A stretch of DNA of 64,000 bases from Octopus sinensis (GCF_006345805.1 NC_043024.1:9920001-9984000); one strand, 5' to 3'; numbered from the stretch's first letter, positions 37,408 to 51,457 are shown. Translations and numbers: made by a program. Notes: generated from the letters alone by a model not told the origin.

Positions 37408-37440
<33 letters not shown>

Positions 37441-37444
<4 letters not shown>

Positions 37445-37830
37445 TCTTTACTCTTTTACTTGTTTCAGTCATTTGACTGCGGCCATGCTGGAGCACCGCC
37501 TTTAGTCGAGCAAATCGACCCCAGGGCTTATTCTTTGTAAGTCCAGTACTTATTCTATCGGTCTCTTTTGCCGAACCACTAAGTGACGGGGACGTAAACA
37601 CACCAGCATCGGTTGTCAAGCAATGCTAGGGGGACAAACACAGACACACAAACACACACACATACATATATATATATACATATATACGACAGGCTTCTTT
37701 CAGTTTCCGTCTACCAAATCCACTCACAAGGCATTGGTCGGCCCGGGGCTATAGCAGAAGACACTCGCAGTGGGTTTGAACCTGGAACCATGTGGTTGGT
37801 TAGCAAGCTACTTACCACACAGCCACTCCT
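37441..37830 (-). mobile_element. SINE family A copy
   Basis: Reverse-complement match. Confidence 0.8.
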
Positions 37831-37861
37831 GTATATATATATATATATATATATACGTGAA

Positions 37862-38200
37862 CTATCTTCACCTTCTTCATTTTCCTTAGCTAGGCTATTT
37901 TTGCCTTCCTTCTTAACTATTCGTAAGTCAAAGGGACACCACAGCATCAACTACACAGCACATGTGGTGCATCTTGTCCCCCACAACCAAATCCAGTTTG
38001 TTATGCTCTAGCACCTGATCTGTTTCGATTCGGAAATCCCAGAAGATTTTGCTTGTCTCCGACTCTGCCACTCTCTGCGGTTTGTTCTCATACCACATCT
38101 TGCCTCTCTCTAGACCTTACTTTTCGCAGTTTCCATTGTTACACTTTCGCCAACACATTGTGTCACCACAGCTTGTAGAGGTCTTCCAGGAATTTACTAA
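37862..38200 (-). mobile_element. Degenerate RLE-type LINE fragment (endonuclease region)
   Basis: HNVLAKV.QWKL...WYENKPQRVAESETSKIFWDFRIETDQVLEHNKLDLVV, with stops and a frameshift. Confidence 0.8.
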
Positions 38201-38234
38201 GAATTATTATTATTATTATCATTATAATTATTAT

Positions 38235-38400
38235 AGGCGCAGGAGTGGCTGTGTGGTAAGTAGCTTGCTAACCAACCACATGGTTCCGGGTTCAGTCCCA
38301 CTGCGTGGCTTCTTGGGCAAATGTCTTCTGCTATAGCCCCGGGCCGACCAATGCCATGTGAGTGGATTTGGTAGACGGAAACTGAAAGAAGCCTGTCGTA

Positions 38401-38456
<56 letters not shown>

Positions 38457-38671
38457 TATGTGTTTGTGTGTCTGTGTTTGTCCCCCTAGCATTGCCTGAC
38501 AACCGATGCTGGTGTGTCTTCGTCCCCGTCACTTAGCGGTTCGGCAAAAGAGACCGATAGAATAAGTACTGGGCTTACAAAGAATAAGTTCCGGGGTCGA
38601 TTTGCTTGACTAAATGCGGTGCTCCAGCATGGCCGCAGTCAAATGACTGAAACAAGTAAAAGAGTAAAGAG
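38235..38671 (+). mobile_element. SINE family A copy inserted in the (AAT)n tail of the RLE LINE fragment
   Basis: Full-length match between the LINE 3' end and an AAT run. Confidence 0.8.
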
Positions 38672-38987
38672 TATTGCCTTTGCACAGCTTCTAATGCTGG
38701 AGATGTTCTACGGTGTCAGCTGTTCACTACCAGTGAACTAAGGTAACACCTCTTATTTTTTGAGCACCTTCTGGAGTATTCGAGCGGTTCCAAGCAGTTC
38801 TGTTTTCTGCAAGTGCTCCACACTTATTGCAGCCCCTATTTGTTCCACGTACTTCTCAAGATTTTTACTCAGGGCTCCGACAATTATTGGTACTACTGCT
38901 ACCTTTTCCATCGACCACAACTGCTTAACTTCCCAAGCTAACCTGTCATATCTATCGACTTTTCTTTCTTCCTTATTGCATACCTCC
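38672..38987 (-). mobile_element. RLE-type LINE 3' fragment
   Basis: [22 protein letters not shown]...VVPIIVGAL...LQKTELLGTARILQKVLKK*; the same family occurs at 48870-49245 (+). Confidence 0.85.
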
Positions 38988-40069
38988 GAGAGTGTAGTGG
39001 GTGCTTTTACGTGCCACCGGCATGAGGGCCAGTCAGGCGTTACTGGCAGCAGCCACGCTCAAAAGGTGCTTTTTATGTGCCACCTGCACAGGAGCCAGTC
39101 CAACGGCACTTGTAACGACCTCGCTCGAATGTTTTTTCACCTGTCACCAGCACGAGTGCCAATAAAGCGACACAGGTAACGATCACGCTCGAATGGTGCC
39201 TTTTAGGTGCCTTATTTTTAGAATGACATTGTAGGGTAAGCGTGAGAGGCTGGATCTGGTTAGATTGGATATCATCATCATCATCATCATTTAGCGTCCG
39301 CTTTCCATGCTAGCATGGGTTGGACGGTTCAACTGGGGTCTGGGAAGCCAGAAGGCTGCACCAGGCCCAGTCTGATCTGGCAGTGTTTCTACAACTGGAT
39401 GCCCTTCCTAACGCCAACCACTCTGTGAGTGTAGTGGGTGCTTTTTACGTGCCACTGGCACAGGTGCCAGACGAGGCTGGCAAACGGCCACAATCGGATG
39501 GTGCTTTTTTTAACTATGAAGAATATTTAGACTGGATTTGACCGGTTTAAATGCGAAAGGATTAAGAATTTTCATTTCAACCCCTTATCTTCTTTTCTTC
39601 CCCTCCCCTTTCATGAATTTTCCTTTTCACTCTTACACCCTCCTTTCCCATTCTGTCGTCTGACATTTTCATCTCACTATCTTCACCATTAGGTTATCTG
39701 ACCTCCCCTACACCTTCCTTAAATACTCTCACTTCCAAAATTCTGATAATTAATGGAAGGTTACCACTGTTTAAACGATTTCTTTAATCATACAATTAAC
39801 ACCATTTTCTTAATGATTGTGTGGTCATGTTGCAGCAAAAAGCATGTCACAAAGTTTATCCGTAATGTGTGTCACGTTTGTTACACTACATGTCACAGTA
39901 ACCTATCAACTTCTCTCAATGGAGAGACGTAGCGGATCAACCGAGAGAAACTCCCTGATTTCCAAGTTATGAAATCCGTTAAGTAACAATACTCCAGAAA
40001 CCTTTTGGAGAAAAAAAAATTTTGGTGGCCCTTTGAAGTTTATATTATTCTCTCTTTTTCTCTTTTTTT

Positions 40070-40472
40070 CTCTTTTTTACTTGTTTCAGTCATTTTGACT
40101 GCGGCCATGCTGGATCACCGCCTTTAATCGAGCAACTCGACCCCGGAACTTATTCTTTTGTAAGCCCAGTACTTATTCTATCGGTCTCTTTTGCCGAACC
40201 GCTAAGTGACGGGGACGTAAACACACCAGCATCGGTTGTCAAGCAATGCTAGGGGGACAAACACAGACACACAAACACACACACACACATATATATATAC
40301 ACATATATACGACGGGCTTCTTTCAGTTTCCGTCTACCAAATCCACTCACAAGGCTTTGGTTGGCCTGAGGCTATAGTAGAAGACACTTGCCCAAGGTGC
40401 CACACAGTGGGACTGAACCCGGAACCATGTGGTTGGTAAACAAGCTACTTACACACAGCCATTCCTGCGCCT
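40070..40472 (-). mobile_element. SINE family A copy
   Basis: Reverse-complement match. Confidence 0.8.
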
Positions 40473-41284
40473 ATTATTATTATATTTTTTCCTTCTTTCT
40501 TCAAATTTTCCATACACCTAGGGCAGAGAAGCTCATTGTATGCATTCCCAGATTACACACACAAATTCACAGGTAAAATATGCATTTAAAAAATTAATAA
40601 ATAAATAAATTCATGGATGGATGTTGTTTTCACAGCGATAATGCTCTTCTCAGTACATGAGCCATTCCAGTTAACATGATTTTTTGCACTTCCTGTAGAG
40701 ATGGTGAGCCTGGAATCATTTTCAAATAGGTTTCAGTACCTTTATTATTATTTTATTATTATTATTATTATTAGCTGTGATACCAGTACCGGTGGCATGT
40801 AAGAGAACCATCCAAACGGGGCCGTTGCCAGTGCCGCCCCGACTGGCCTCGTGCCGGTGGCACATAAAAAGCACCATTGGTTCGTGGCCGTTGCCAGTCT
40901 CGCCTGGCCCCCGTGCCAGTGGCATGTAAAAAGACCATCCGATCGTGGCCGTTTGCCAGCCTCGTCTGGCACCTGTGCCGGTGGCACATAAAAAGCACCC
41001 ACTACACTCACGGAGTGGTTGGCATTAGGAAGGGCATCCAGCTGTAGAAACACTGCCAGATCAGACTGGAGCCTGGTGCAGCCTCCTGGCTTCCCAGATC
41101 CTGGTCAAAACATCCAACATATGCTAGCATGGAAAACGGACATTAAACGATGATGATGATGATGATTTCTGGCAATTCATTTACATCAAAGAACTCCAAG
41201 AGCCTTGATCCTTTCTCATTCCTTATACCATAATCATTCCTTCTATGTACCCTTGAAGTTTATATTATTCTCTCTTTTTTCTCT

Positions 41285-41846
41285 TTTTTACTTGTTTCAG
41301 TCATTTGACTGCGGCCATACTGGAGCACCGCCTTAAGTCAAGCAAATCGACCCCGGGATTTATTCTTTGTAAGCCCAGTACTTATTCTATCGGTCTCTTT
41401 TGCCGAACCACTAAGTGATGGGGACGTAAACACACCAGCATCGGTTGTCAAGCAATGGTAGGGGGACAAACACAAATACACACATACATATATATATATA
41501 TATATACATATATACATATATATGACAGGCTTCTTTCAGTTTCCGTCTACCAAATCCACTCACAAGGCATTGGTCGGCCCGGGGCTATAGCAGAAGACAC
41601 TTGCCCAAGATGCCACGCAGTGGGACTGAACCCGGAACCATGTGGTTGGTTAGCAAGCTACTTACCACACAGTCACTCCTACATATACAACAGGCTTCTT
41701 TCGGTTTCCGTCTACCAAATCCACTCACAAGGCATTGGTCGGCCCGGGGCTATAGCAGAAGACACTTGCCCAAGGTGCCACGCAGTGGGACTGAACCCGG
41801 AACCATGTGGTTGGTTAGCAAGCTACTTACCACATAGCCACTCCTG
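41285..41846 (-). mobile_element. SINE family A copy with a tandemly duplicated head
   Basis: Head segment present twice (about 41520-41680 and 41685-41846); two tandem heads also at 46345-46672. Confidence 0.75.
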
Positions 41847-41971
41847 TGTTATGATGATGTCTATTATGCAACCCCTTGACATATATTCGTGTTTGTTTTA
41901 TCTTTTTTCTTTGCAGTGATCCAGCGTCAGGAGTTCAATCCCAGCTCTTGTTCATTCTTCATTATCTCATT

Positions 41972-42079
41972 ATGGGCCTCAGATTAGCCCTCAAGAAGCT
42001 TTGGCTTCTCCGTAACATCTTAATCGTGGTGCTCGTCCCATTGTTGCTCTCCCCTATACCAACCCTTGTGGGCTCAAAG
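41972..42079 (+). CDS. SLC13A5: SLC13 coding exon 1 ([36 protein letters not shown]); exon acceptor at 41916/41917
   Basis: ATG at 41972, first TM segment, GTAAGT donor. Confidence 0.88.
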
Positions 42080-44062
42080 GTAAGTCCCCCCCACCCACCC
42101 CTCCAGCAGAGGGCGCTGTTTGGTATCTTTTTCTATCACATGATCTTAGATATGAATAGGGTGGAGGGTTTGTCTTTTATGGGGTTTCATCATCATCATC
42201 ATCATCATCATCATTGTTTAATGTCCATTTTCCATGCTAGCATGGGTTGGACGGTTCGACCGGGGTCTGGGAAGCCAGAAGGCTGCACCAGGCTCCAGTC
42301 TGATCTGGCAGTGTTTCTACAGCTGGATGCCCTTCCTAACGCCAACCACTCCGTGAGTGTAGTGTGGGTCTTTTTTACGTGCCACTTGCACAGGTGCCAG
42401 ACGAGGCTGGCAAACGGGGCCATGATCGGATGGTTCTTTTTACGTGCCACCGGCACAGGTGCCAGACGAGGCTGGCAGACGGCCACGATCGCATGGTGCT
42501 TTTTACGTGCCACCTGCACAGGGGCCAGACGAGGCTGGCAAACAGCCATGATCGCATGGTGCTTTTTACGTGCCACCGGCACAGGGGCCAGACGAGGCTG
42601 ACAAACGGCCACGATCGGATGGTGCTTGATGAGGCACCAGATGAGGCTGGCAACGGCCAGTGTTGAGAAAGGGCTGTGCCCATGGCCACTACCTGGCCCC
42701 TCTGAGATTCGTGTGTGTGAAGTGAGGTCGGCGTTGGCACATGGCTTAGTGGTCATAAGGCAAAGTCAACCTTGGTGGAATTTGAACTCAGAACGTAAAG
42801 TCAGATGAGATTCTGCTAAGCATTTTACTTGGCAAACTAATGATTCTGCCAGCTGGTATTGGTTTCAAATTTTGGCACAAGGCCAGCAATTTTGTGGGGA
42901 GGGGATAAATCAATTACATCGACCCCAGTGCGTAACTGGTACTTATTTAATCGACCCCGAAAGGATGAAAGGGAAAGTTGACCTCGGCAGAATTTGAACT
43001 CAGAACGTGAAGTTACATGAACTGCTGCAAAGTTTGTCATAGTATTAGAAGTAGTAGTAGTGGTGGTGGGGGTGGTTGATGTAGTATTTGTTGTAGTAGT
43101 AGTAGTAGTAGTAAGTAGTAGTAGTAGTGGTGGTTGTGGTGGCGGCAGTGGTGATGTTGGTGGTGGTAGATGTAGTGTTCGTAGTAGCAGTAGAAGCAGC
43201 AGCAGCAGCAATACCAGTGGTAGTAGTAGTGATGGTTGTGGTGGTGGTAGATGTAGTTTTCGTAGCAGTAGTAGTAGCAGCAGCAGCAGCAATACCAGTA
43301 GTAGTAGTTGTAGTAGTAGCAACAGCAGCAGTTTTGATGATGGTTGTGGTAGTGGTTGTGGTGGCGGCAGTGGTGGTAGTTGTCTTGGTGGTGGTAGATG
43401 TGTTCGTAGTAGTAGTAGAAGCAGTAGCAGTAGTAGTAGTAGTGATGGTTGTGGTTGTAGTGGTGGTAGTTGTCTTGGTGGTGGTAGATGTAGTTTTCGT
43501 AGTAGTAGTAATAGCAGCAGCAGCAGCAATACCAGTAGTAGTAGTAGTAGTAGCAGCAGCAGCAGCAGTTGTGATGATGGTAGTGGTTTTGGTGATGGCA
43601 GTGGTGATAGTAGTAGTAGTGGTGAAGGTGGTTTTCATGGTGTTGCTGATGGTGGTGATGATGGACACTGGACATTGAACAATACATCAGGTCAAGGGGT
43701 CAACCACCCGCACCCCTAAGCGTTATCCCCTATGAACCCTGTCATGCCCTAACCCTACAGAACTCCCCCCAGACTTGTGACGCTCTACCGATTCTCTTTG
43801 CAACAGGAAGCTAAATGTGCCTACTGTATATTACTGATAGCCATCTTCTGGATCAGCGAGGCCCTGCCCATAGCCGTCACTGCGCTCCTGCCCCTGGTGT
43901 TGTTCCCGATGTTGGGGGTCGCTGAAGCAAAGTCCATAGCCGGAAATTATGTCAACGTGAGTAAAGTGTATTTATTTGTCTTTTATTCAAAGAAACATCA
44001 CCCAAATTGTAAATGTACAATCATCATCATCATTATCATCACCATTATCGCCATAACTACCA

Positions 44063-44103
<41 letters not shown>

Positions 44104-45030
44104 TTTAAAAATTGAGGGAGATAAATTAATATTAATTTTAATATCAATTTAAAACCAGTAGTCCAGCATTCAAAAAATCTGAAGAGTCAGAGAAAATTCA
44201 AATATATGTGTATATTGGCAGGGCTGGCCTGCTAGGTAGCCAGCCAGAATGCTAGAAAAAGATCATCAACGATCAAACTACAAGGGAAATTCTCTAGAGG
44301 AAGAATTCAGCGAACACCAGAACCAAATTTGGCGGGCAGGACATATGAAAAATTAAATAAAAAACAGACTTAAATGCATACCTCGGTTTCGGTCTTAACA
44401 AAAGAATTACTTGCATAATTCAAGTGTCCGTGACTTCTTCAGTACATTCGGTCCTCGAGATGCAAACCGCAAGACTAACCCCAGCTCTCTGTGTCAAGAC
44501 AGACACGTGCTTAGTCTTACTGATTACATCGGGAATAAAATTTCAAATGTCTTGGTTCTGGCGCGCTAAGAGACTCCTGAAGCGAAGGGCTGCAGTGAAT
44601 GATTCACTGCGGGTAATGCTTACAACTAGGGAACGTATTTATTTAAATATTTAAAAATTGAGGGAGATAAATTAATATTAATTTTAATATCAATTTAAAA
44701 CCAGTAGTCCAGCATTCAAAAAATCTGAGGAGTCAGAGAAAATTCAAATATATGTGTATATTGGCAGGGCTGGCCTGCTAGGTAGCCGGCCAGAATGCTA
44801 GAAAAAGATCATCAACGATCAAACTACAAGGGAAATTCTCTAGAGGAAGAATTCAGCGAACCCAGAACCAAATTTTATTTAATTTTTCATATGTCTCTGC
44901 CCGCCAAATTTGGTTCTGGTGTTCGCTGAATTCTTCCTCTAGAGAATTTCCCTTGTAGTTTGATCGTTGATGATCTTTTTCTAGCATTCTGGCCGGCTAC
45001 CTAGCAGGCCAGCCCTGCCAATATACATAT

Positions 45031-45071
<41 letters not shown>

Positions 45072-48000
45072 ATACATACACATGTATGTATGTGTGTGAC
45101 CTCGTGTGTACCGTTGGCGATTTTTTTCCTCCGTCTTTCCTTCTCATATGTTTCCGACGAAGAGCTCCACTCGAAACGTTAAATCCTCCTTCTTTCCTGA
45201 GCGTCCAATACTATATTTGTTCCACGTCCTCGCGTTGTTTTTTTTTGTGCTTTCTTGTTTGGATTAACTATATATATATATACATACATACATAGATACA
45301 TACATACATACATATATATATATATATATCATCATCATCATCGTTTAACATTTGTTTTCCATGCTAGCATGGGTTGGATGGTTTGACTGGGGTCTGGGAA
45401 GCCAGGAGGCTGCACCAGGCCCCAATCTGATCTGGCAGTGTTTCTACAGCTGGATGCCCTTCCTAACACCAACCACTGTCAGAGTATAGTGGGTGCTTTT
45501 TACATACCACCGGCACAGGGGCCAGAGGAGCTGGCATTGACCACGATCAGATGGTGCTTTTTACATACCACCGGCACAGGAGCAGGGGTCACAACTACAA
45601 TTTCCTTTTGATTTGATTTTGATATTGCTGATGTTGATGTACTTGACTGAATAGGTCCCCTCATGTACAGCATGTCACCCTACGATCCAAGGTACTTTTT
45701 GAGTGGGCTGGTTATGCGACACTGGTGTATGTTACAGCTGTGGACTCACTTTATTTGCCGGGTCTTCTCAGTCACACCATACCTCCAGAGAGTGGAGGCG
45801 CAATGGCCCAGTGGTTAGGGCAGCGGACTCACGGTCATAGGATCGCGGTTTCGATTCCCAGACCGGGCGTTGTGAGTGTTTATTGAGCGAAAACACCTAA
45901 AAGCTCCACGAGGCTCCGGCAGGGGATGGTGGTGATCCTGCTGTACTCTTTCACCACAACTTTCTCTCACTCTTACTTCCTGTTATGTTGTACATGTATT
46001 CAAGGGGCCGGCCTTGTCACTCTCTGTGTCATGCTGAATATCCCCGAGAACTACGTTAAGGGTGCACGTGTCTGTGGAGTGCTCAGCCACTTACACATTA
46101 ATTTCACGAGCAGGCTGTAACCAATGGAGTGCTTCCATCACCTCCAGAGATCTCGGCCTTTTGTCATTGCGTCTGTGAGGCCCAACGTTCAAAGATCATG
46201 CTTCACCACCTCATCCCATATCTTCCTGGGTCTCCTTCTACCCCAGATTCCTTCCACTGTTTGGATATCCCTCTCTCTCTCTCTCTCTTTCGGAGAGGCA
46301 CTGAGCAGCTATATGCACACATACACACACGGCAGTAACTTCAACCTACCGAATTCAATCACAAAGCTCCGGTCGGCTCGGTGTTATAGTAGAAGACACC
46401 TACCCAAAGTGCCACACAGTGGGACTGAACCCGAAACCATGTAGTTGGGAAGCAAGCTCCCTAACCACACAGCCATGCCCGCGCCTACATATATATATAA
46501 ATATACGATGGGCTTCTTTCAGTTTCCGTCTACCAAATCCACTCACAAGGCTTTGGTCGGCCCGAGGCTATGGTAGAAGACACTTGCCCAAGGTGCCACG
46601 CAGAGGGACTGAACCCGAAACCATGTAGCTAGGAAGCAAGCCCCCTAACCGCACAGCCATGCCCGCGCCTACATACATATCTATATAGGTTAGTAGCGTC
46701 AGAGGTTGGAATAAATATGAAAGGGATAAAAATATCCATTATACTACCAGCATAATTACCTATGTTAACGCTGGGCATACATATGCAAGCAGATTATGCG
46801 CATAGATTACAGATAACAACAAAAGCAAACGTGAATTTATCAGAAATCAAATCTGAAGTAAACAGTTCTTTTATAAACAGAAATATCATTATTTTTAAAT
46901 CTCTCTAAAGGAGACTACGGCAGCAATACTGGGTGTTAATAGTTATCGCCAACCTAACATGGTAGACCAGAAAAATAGGACGAATGCTGCTGTTGATTAA
47001 CTCCAAGAGGCCATTGCCCCTAGCTAGCTACGTGACACACAAACCTGTATCCATTACACAGGGAAGGTCATCAGCTTCTTCATGCTGGTTCATGCAACCA
47101 CAGACTAGTTTTGGGGTATTTGGCGCTTATCATAGCAGCCCAGAAAAATAGGACAAATGCTGCTGTTGATTAGCTCCAAGAGGCCATTGCCCCTAGCTAG
47201 CTACGTGACACACAAACCTGTGTCAAATACACAGGGGAGGTCATCAGCTTCTTCATGCTGGTTCAAGCAACCACCTTCACCTTCGAAACGCAGAGTAGAT
47301 GAAACCATGGCGACTGAAGAAAGGGAATTTTCCTTGTGTTATTTGTCCTGTACTCTATTTTTTTTTGTTGTTTTTTTAAGAAAAATGTCCAGTTCCTTAG
47401 TTTTGTGTTTATGTTTTCGTTTCTCATTGTGTTCGACGTTTTTTTGGTGTTCTGTACCCATATATGCATATATATATATATATATATACATGTAGAGGTA
47501 GCTACGTACATATATCATCATCATCGTTTAACGTCTGCTTTCCATGCTAGCATGGGTTGGACAGGTCAACTGGGGTCTGGGAAGCCAGAAGGCTGCACCA
47601 GGCCCAGTCTGATCTGGCAATATTTCTACGGCTGGATGCCCTTCCTAACGCCAACCATTCCGCGAGTGTAGTGGGTGCTTTTTACGTGCCACCGGCACAG
47701 CTGCCAGACGGGGCTGGTAAATGGCCACGATCGGATGGTGCATTTTACGTGCCACCGGCACAGGAGCCAGGCGAGGCTGACAAACAACCACAGTCGGATG
47801 GTGCATTTTACGTGCCACCAGCACGGGAGCCAGGGCGAGGCTGGCAATGGCCACACTCGGATGGTGCTTTTTACGTGCAACCAGCACGGGAGCCAGGCAC
47901 GGCTGGCAACGGCCACAATCGGATGGTGCTTTTTACGTGCCACCGGCACTGGTATCACAGCTACAATTTCCATTGATGTTGATCGATTTCGATTTTGATA

Positions 48001-50323
48001 TATTTTTCCTAAATATGTGCCACTGAAATTAGGATGTATCTAATATGCCTGTATGGTTTTTATGCCATCGAATACTGTAGTTATTTGTAAGTGTCAAGTT
48101 TTGGTTTTATTCTTCCTCTTCCAGAACACATCAATGCTCTTTGTTGGTGGACTGATTGTTGCCATTTCTATAGAAACTTGGAATTTGCACAAAAGAATTG
48201 CCTTGCATACACTCCTTATATTTGGAACAGAACCTAAAAGGTAAAAATAAAGAACCATTCTTTCTTTTTATTAAGGGATCCTGGCTGGGTTGTGAGGGCC
48301 ATCATCAGCATGGAAGATTGTTGAACATCCATCTTCCATGCTGGCACCATCACCACCCTACCATCACCACCACTACCACCACCACCACCACCACTATCAC
48401 CACCACCACTATCAACACCACCATCACCACCACTACCACCACCACCACTACCACCACCACCACTACCACCACCACCACCACCACTACCACCTCCCCCACT
48501 ACCACTGCTTGCCCAATAATACCCATACACAACCAAAACCCTAAAAGAAAAACAAAGGCAACTTCCAGACCCCCCACTCCCTCTCCTTCCCCTTCTTTCT
48601 CATTGTTTTTTTTTACAACCCTAGGTTACTGTTTGGTCTGATGTTCACCACATGGTTCCTATCCATGTGGATTAGTAACACCGCCACAACTTCCATGATG
48701 TTACCCATTGCAGATGCCATACTGGAGCAATTAAAAAATGCGGATGTAAATTTAAGTAAGTATAATATACATACTGTACACATACATGCATACATACATA
48801 TACATATATATATATATACATATATATATAAGTACTAGGCTTACAAAGAATAAGTCCTAGTTTTAATTGAGAAAGAATACAAACTATGCTGGATCAAAGA
48901 TATAGCATGGCCAGCTGACAACAAGGTATGCGATAAGGAAGAAAGGAAAGTCGAGAGATATGACAGGTCAGCTTGGGAAGTGAAGCAGTTGTGGTTGATG
49001 AAAAAGGTGGCAGTAGTACCAATAATTGTCTGAGTCCTGGGAACAGTGAGCAAAGATTTTGAGAAGTACGTGGAACAAATAGGGGCTGCAATAAGGGTGG
49101 AGCACTTGCAGAAAACAGCACTGCTTGGAACTGCTCAAATATTCCGGAAGGTGCTCAAAAATAAGAGATGTTATCTTAGTTCACTGGTTGTGAACAGCTG
49201 ACAGCGTAGTACATCTCCAGCGTTAGAAGCTGTGCAAAGGCAATGGTGATGATAATAATAATAATAATGATAATAAACATACTGAAACCTATTTGAAAGT
49301 GATACCAGGCTTACCATCCCTACAGGAAGTGCAAAAAACCATATTAACTGGAACGGCTCATGTACTGAGAAGAGCATTATCGATGTGAAAACAACATCCA
49401 TTCATGAATTTATTTATTTATTTTTAGATACATATTTTACCTGTGAATTTGCGCGTGTAATCTGGGAATGCATACAATGAGCTTCTCTGCCCTAGGTGTA
49501 TGGAAAACACTTGGCGAGAAACGGAAAAAAATTTGAAGAAAGAAGGAAAAATCATAATAATAATAATAATGATAATAATAATAATAACAATAACAATAAT
49601 AATAATAATAGTAATAATGATAATAATAATAATAATAATAATCATCATCATCATCATCATCATCGTTTAACATCCGCTTTCCATGCTTGCATGGGTTGGA
49701 CGGTTCAACTGGGGTCTCGGAAGCCCGAAGGCTGCACCAGGCCAGTCAGATCTGGCAGTGTTTCTACAGCTGGATGCCCTTCCTAACGCCAACCACTCCG
49801 TGAGTGTAGTGGGTGCTTTTTATGTGCCACCGACACAGGTGCCAGACGAGGCTGGCGAACGGCCACGCTCGGATGGTGTTTTTTTTATGTGCCACCGACA
49901 CAGATGCCAGACGAGGCATGATAATAATAATAGTAATAATAATAATAATAATAATACTGATGTTAATAATTTGAATGCTAAATGTTAAATGTGAAATATT
50001 TCCTCTGTAGATGACCCTGATCGTGAAGGAGAAGAACTGGATAAACTTACTGTTTTAGAAAAGACAGAACGGTCAGTGGGAACAGATGAGAAGAGTTCTG
50101 CTTTAATGAAAGAAAGGTGAGTGCAGCTTGCTCTGGTAACAACCTCACTTGAGTGTTGATGAAGTTCAGGTGAGTGGAGCTCAATGTGGCTACAACCTCT
50201 CTCTCTCTCTCTCTCTTGTGTTAATGAAGTATATATCCATGTATTGCACACATATGTATGTTTATATGTATGTATGTATGTGTGTGTGTATGTATCTTTG
50301 TGTATATATGTATGTATGTATTT

Positions 50324-50382
<59 letters not shown>

Positions 50383-51426
50383 TCTCTTCGCTCTTATATG
50401 CCATTTGGTCTCAACTCTCCCCCCCTCCTCATCTAACCCCCCTCTCCCCCTCCTCATCTAACCTCCCCCCGACCCTACTTCTCTTCAGTCCTTCATCCTT
50501 TCACCCCTACTCCTCTCTTCCCTTCTTCCTCTTTCTCCCTCCCTCCTTCTTCCCTCTTCCCCTTCCCTTTTCCTCTCTCTCTCTCCCTCACTCTCCTTCT
50601 CTCTCTCTCTCCCCCTCTCCCTCTATCCCCCCCTCTCCCCCTCCTCTTCTCTCCCTTCCTTCTCCCCTTCACCTTCCCCTCCCCCTCCTCTTCTCCCTTT
50701 CTTTCTCCCCCCTCCCCATATCTCCCCCTTACCTCCCCCCTTTCCCTCTCATCCTCTATCCACACTACACCATACAACTTTAACATATCACATCATATTA
50801 CATACACACGTCCAGACCTCTCATACGCACTAATACTCTCTCATACACACACACACACTCTTCTCATACACACACACACACACTGTTATGTTGGAGCGAG
50901 GTCATTTAACCCTATTATCTCCCCTAATTTCGCTCTTGCGTCTCACGTTCACGTTGATCTTTGACTTCTGGCCGAAATCAGATCGCCATGTTGATTCGCT
51001 AGCCTCTGCACGCATATTTTTTTCTCTCCTTCTTTCTGTGTTTCTTCTCTGTGTATCTTTCTGTTGAAGAGCGTAGGCTCGAAACGTTAAAGACTTGTTT
51101 TATTATATTTCCTGAGCGCCATACTAATACAATTGTTTTGTTGTATTCCACCTGCCTTCGTCTTTTTTATTTCCGTAAACCTGCCTTCGTCTTTTGTCTA
51201 TTTTCATAAAGCTTCCGTTATATATATATATTATATATATATATATATGTATATATGTATGAATGTCCTGTATGCATGTATGTATGTGTGTATGCATGTA
51301 TGTATGTGTGTGTATGTATGTATGTATGTATGTCTGTATGTATGTCTGTATGTATGCATCTTTGAATGTATATATGTATGTATGTATGTGTGTGTAAGTA
51401 TGTATGTATATAAATATATATATATA

Positions 51427-51457
<31 letters not shown>

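Noticed and set aside
42837-43719. Poly-T/S/V ORFs suggesting a mucin
   Set aside because: This is a degenerate trinucleotide repeat inside SLC13 intron 1, open in nearly all frames, with no convincing splice sites.
47160-47340. Additional hammerheads from CTGATGA (minus) and CTGAAGA (plus) matches
   Set aside because: No GAAA follows a closing stem II, and there is no stem I/III.
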